Position numbers and translations under genes: made by a program. 64,000 bases of DNA, taken from contig JBGPIA010000017.1 in the NCBI GenBank assembly GCA_041484665.1, positions 32,001 through 96,000 on the forward strand, in the 5' to 3' direction. Below the pieces are notes generated by a model. It searched no databases. It saw only the letters and a program-made list of their open reading frames with translations, and was not told the origin of the DNA. Source of the DNA: Candidatus Krumholzibacteriia bacterium. GTDB taxonomy: Bacteria; Krumholzibacteriota; Krumholzibacteriia; JAJRXK01. Of this stretch, positions 62,463 to 64,000 are shown piece by piece (position 1 is the first letter of the stretch; every line of letters begins with the position of its first letter).

Positions 62463-64000
62463 ATGAACGCCCGAGTGCTGGCGACCTTCCTGGTGCTGAA
62501 CTTCCTGCTGCCCGCCGCTCGAGCGCACGCCCAGTGCGCCAGTTGGGTGCCAGGCCCCCTGGACAATGGACTGGACCCCAACGGCGCCAACAACACCATC
62601 TACGCGGCCATTTCCTGGGATCCAGACGACACCGGCCCGCTGGCGCCAAGGCTGGTTGTGGGTGGCACTTTCACCAGCATCGAAAACGTGGCCGCCCTGC
62701 ACATCGCCCAGCGCGATCCGGCAACCGGCCTGTGGTCGCCGGTAGGCACCGGGCTCAACATGAACGTCTATTCCCTGGCGATCTACAACGGCCAGCTCGT
62801 CGCCGGCGGCGACGGCGATAACAACGTGGGCACCTTCGACCAGACCGTCCGGCGGTGGGACGGCTCTGCCTGGCAGAACTTCGCCGCGACCAATACGGGC
62901 GATGTACTTGTGATGGAGGTGTACAACGGCTCCCTCTATATCGGGGGCACCTTCATGACCCACTTCGTTCCCCAGACAAGCAATGACGCCTTCTTCATCG
63001 CGCGCTGGAATCCCGTCGCCAACTTGTGGGATGCCGTAGATCTAGCAGGATTCGGCAGCCAGACGAACACCGCCGTATCCGCCCTCGCGGTCTATGGCGG
63101 CGACCTCTACGTCGGCGGTTGGATCAAGAACGCCAGCAGCCCTAGCGGGAGCGTGCTTCGGATCTCCCATGGAAACGCGGGCGGCTGGGCGGCGATCACC
63201 AATGGAACCGATGTCGGTGGGATCAACGATTTCGGCGTATTCGGCGGCGAGCTGATCGTCGCCGGCGGATACAACACCATCAACGGAGTGGCGATCAACA
63301 ACATCGCCGGTTGGAACGGCTCCTCGTTCCACGCATTCAGCACTGGCACCGCCGGATCGCCATTTGGTGGTGGGGTCTACAGCGTGACCGTGCACAACGG
63401 GATTGTGATCGCTGGCGTGTTCATTACGGCCAGTGGGCTGACGACCAACCATGTTGCATTCTGGCCTCCCGGCGGCTCCTCCTGGCAGCCGATGGGCGGT
63501 GGAACGGATAATTCGGTCCTCGATGTGGTCTCCTACGGCGGCGAGCTGGTTGCCGTCGGGGGCTTCACGGTGGCCGAGCGGACGGCCAACTACATCGCCC
63601 ACTGGGACGGCTATCAGTGGGGCTCATTCGGAGGAGGCACAGGGAATTACGTGTTGGCCATGGCGACCTTCAACGGACGCGTGGTGGCTGGGGGCGATTT
63701 CCACCAGTCCACACCCTCCCTGTCCAGCGCCCACAACATCGCATCCTGGAACGGCGGCGCGGCCCGCGTGTTCGGGGTGGGCATGAACGGGTCGGTCATG
63801 GCGCTGAAGGCGTTCAAGTATCCGGGCATCAACGGGTCCAATGAGCTCATCGCTGGCGGCGTGTTCAGCCGAGCTGGTGGAATTGCAGTCAATAACATCA
63901 CGCGGTGGAACGAGAGCTTCATCGTGTTCCCGCCCTCCGCGTGGGCAGCAATGGGTAGCGGGTTCAACAACGCGGTCTACGCCATCGAGCGTTACAACAA
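62463..64000 (+). CDS. large secreted beta-propeller protein (GGxF repeats), runs off the window end; absent from the ORF track
   Basis: GGAG RBS; MNARVLATFLVLNFLLPAARAHAQ signal peptide; repeats L(V/Y)(A/V)GG.F...IA.W(D/N)G..W; no stop seen before 64000. Confidence 0.85.
   Translation, partial: MNARVLATFLVLNFLLPAARAHAQCASWVPGPLDNGLDPNGANNTIYAAISWDPDDTGPLAPRLVVGGTFTSIENVAALHIAQRDPATGLWSPVGTGLNMNVYSLAIYNGQLVAGGDGDNNVGTFDQTVRRWDGSAWQNFAATNTGDVLVMEVYNGSLYIGGTFMTHFVPQTSNDAFFIARWNPVANLWDAVDLAGFGSQTNTAVSALAVYGGDLYVGGWIKNASSPSGSVLRISHGNAGGWAAITNGTDVGGINDFGVFGGELIVAGGYNTINGVAINNIAGWNGSSFHAFSTGTAGSPFGGGVYSVTVHNGIVIAGVFITASGLTTNHVAFWPPGGSSWQPMGGGTDNSVLDVVSYGGELVAVGGFTVAERTANYIAHWDGYQWGSFGGGTGNYVLAMATFNGRVVAGGDFHQSTPSLSSAHNIASWNGGAARVFGVGMNGSVMALKAFKYPGINGSNELIAGGVFSRAGGIAVNNITRWNESFIVFPPSAWAAMGSGFNNAVYAIERYN

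Overview
High-GC bacterial genomic window. Seven proteins with FlgD-Ig/'PNPFN' tails and one with a 'TWxxIK' tail suggest, by inference only, an uncultured FCB-related lineage such as Krumholzibacteriota, Latescibacterota or Eisenbacteria. No rRNA, tRNA or CRISPR array was seen. Recognisable metabolic and housekeeping genes are a quinone oxidoreductase, VOC proteins, a DJ-1/PfpI-TPR fusion, malate synthase plus a long ICL2-type isocitrate lyase, an SDR, an AraC regulator, a GT-C-like glycosyltransferase and two membrane Ser/Thr kinases. The most notable feature is a module that occurs twice (about 7.8-21 kb and 53-64 kb): ECF sigma factor, zinc-finger (HxxxCxxC) membrane anti-sigma, exported TPR-CHAT caspase-like protease, and an adjacent >1000-aa secreted protease or pseudo-protease with an FlgD tail. 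The two large proteins share an FN3-like module. In module 1 the same GCAACT-N17-CGT ECF-like promoter precedes both the anti-sigma and the large-protein operon. This may be a CRISPR-independent, trans-envelope analogue of the Craspase CHAT/anti-sigma/sigma logic (hypothesis). The window also holds several pseudogenes (M1 aminopeptidase, a third TPR-CHAT, a LamG lipoprotein), an inactivated IS1380 element with terminal inverted repeats, and small remnants resembling IS256, IS91, IS1380 and an XRE HTH. All calls are from reading the sequence; no database searches were run.
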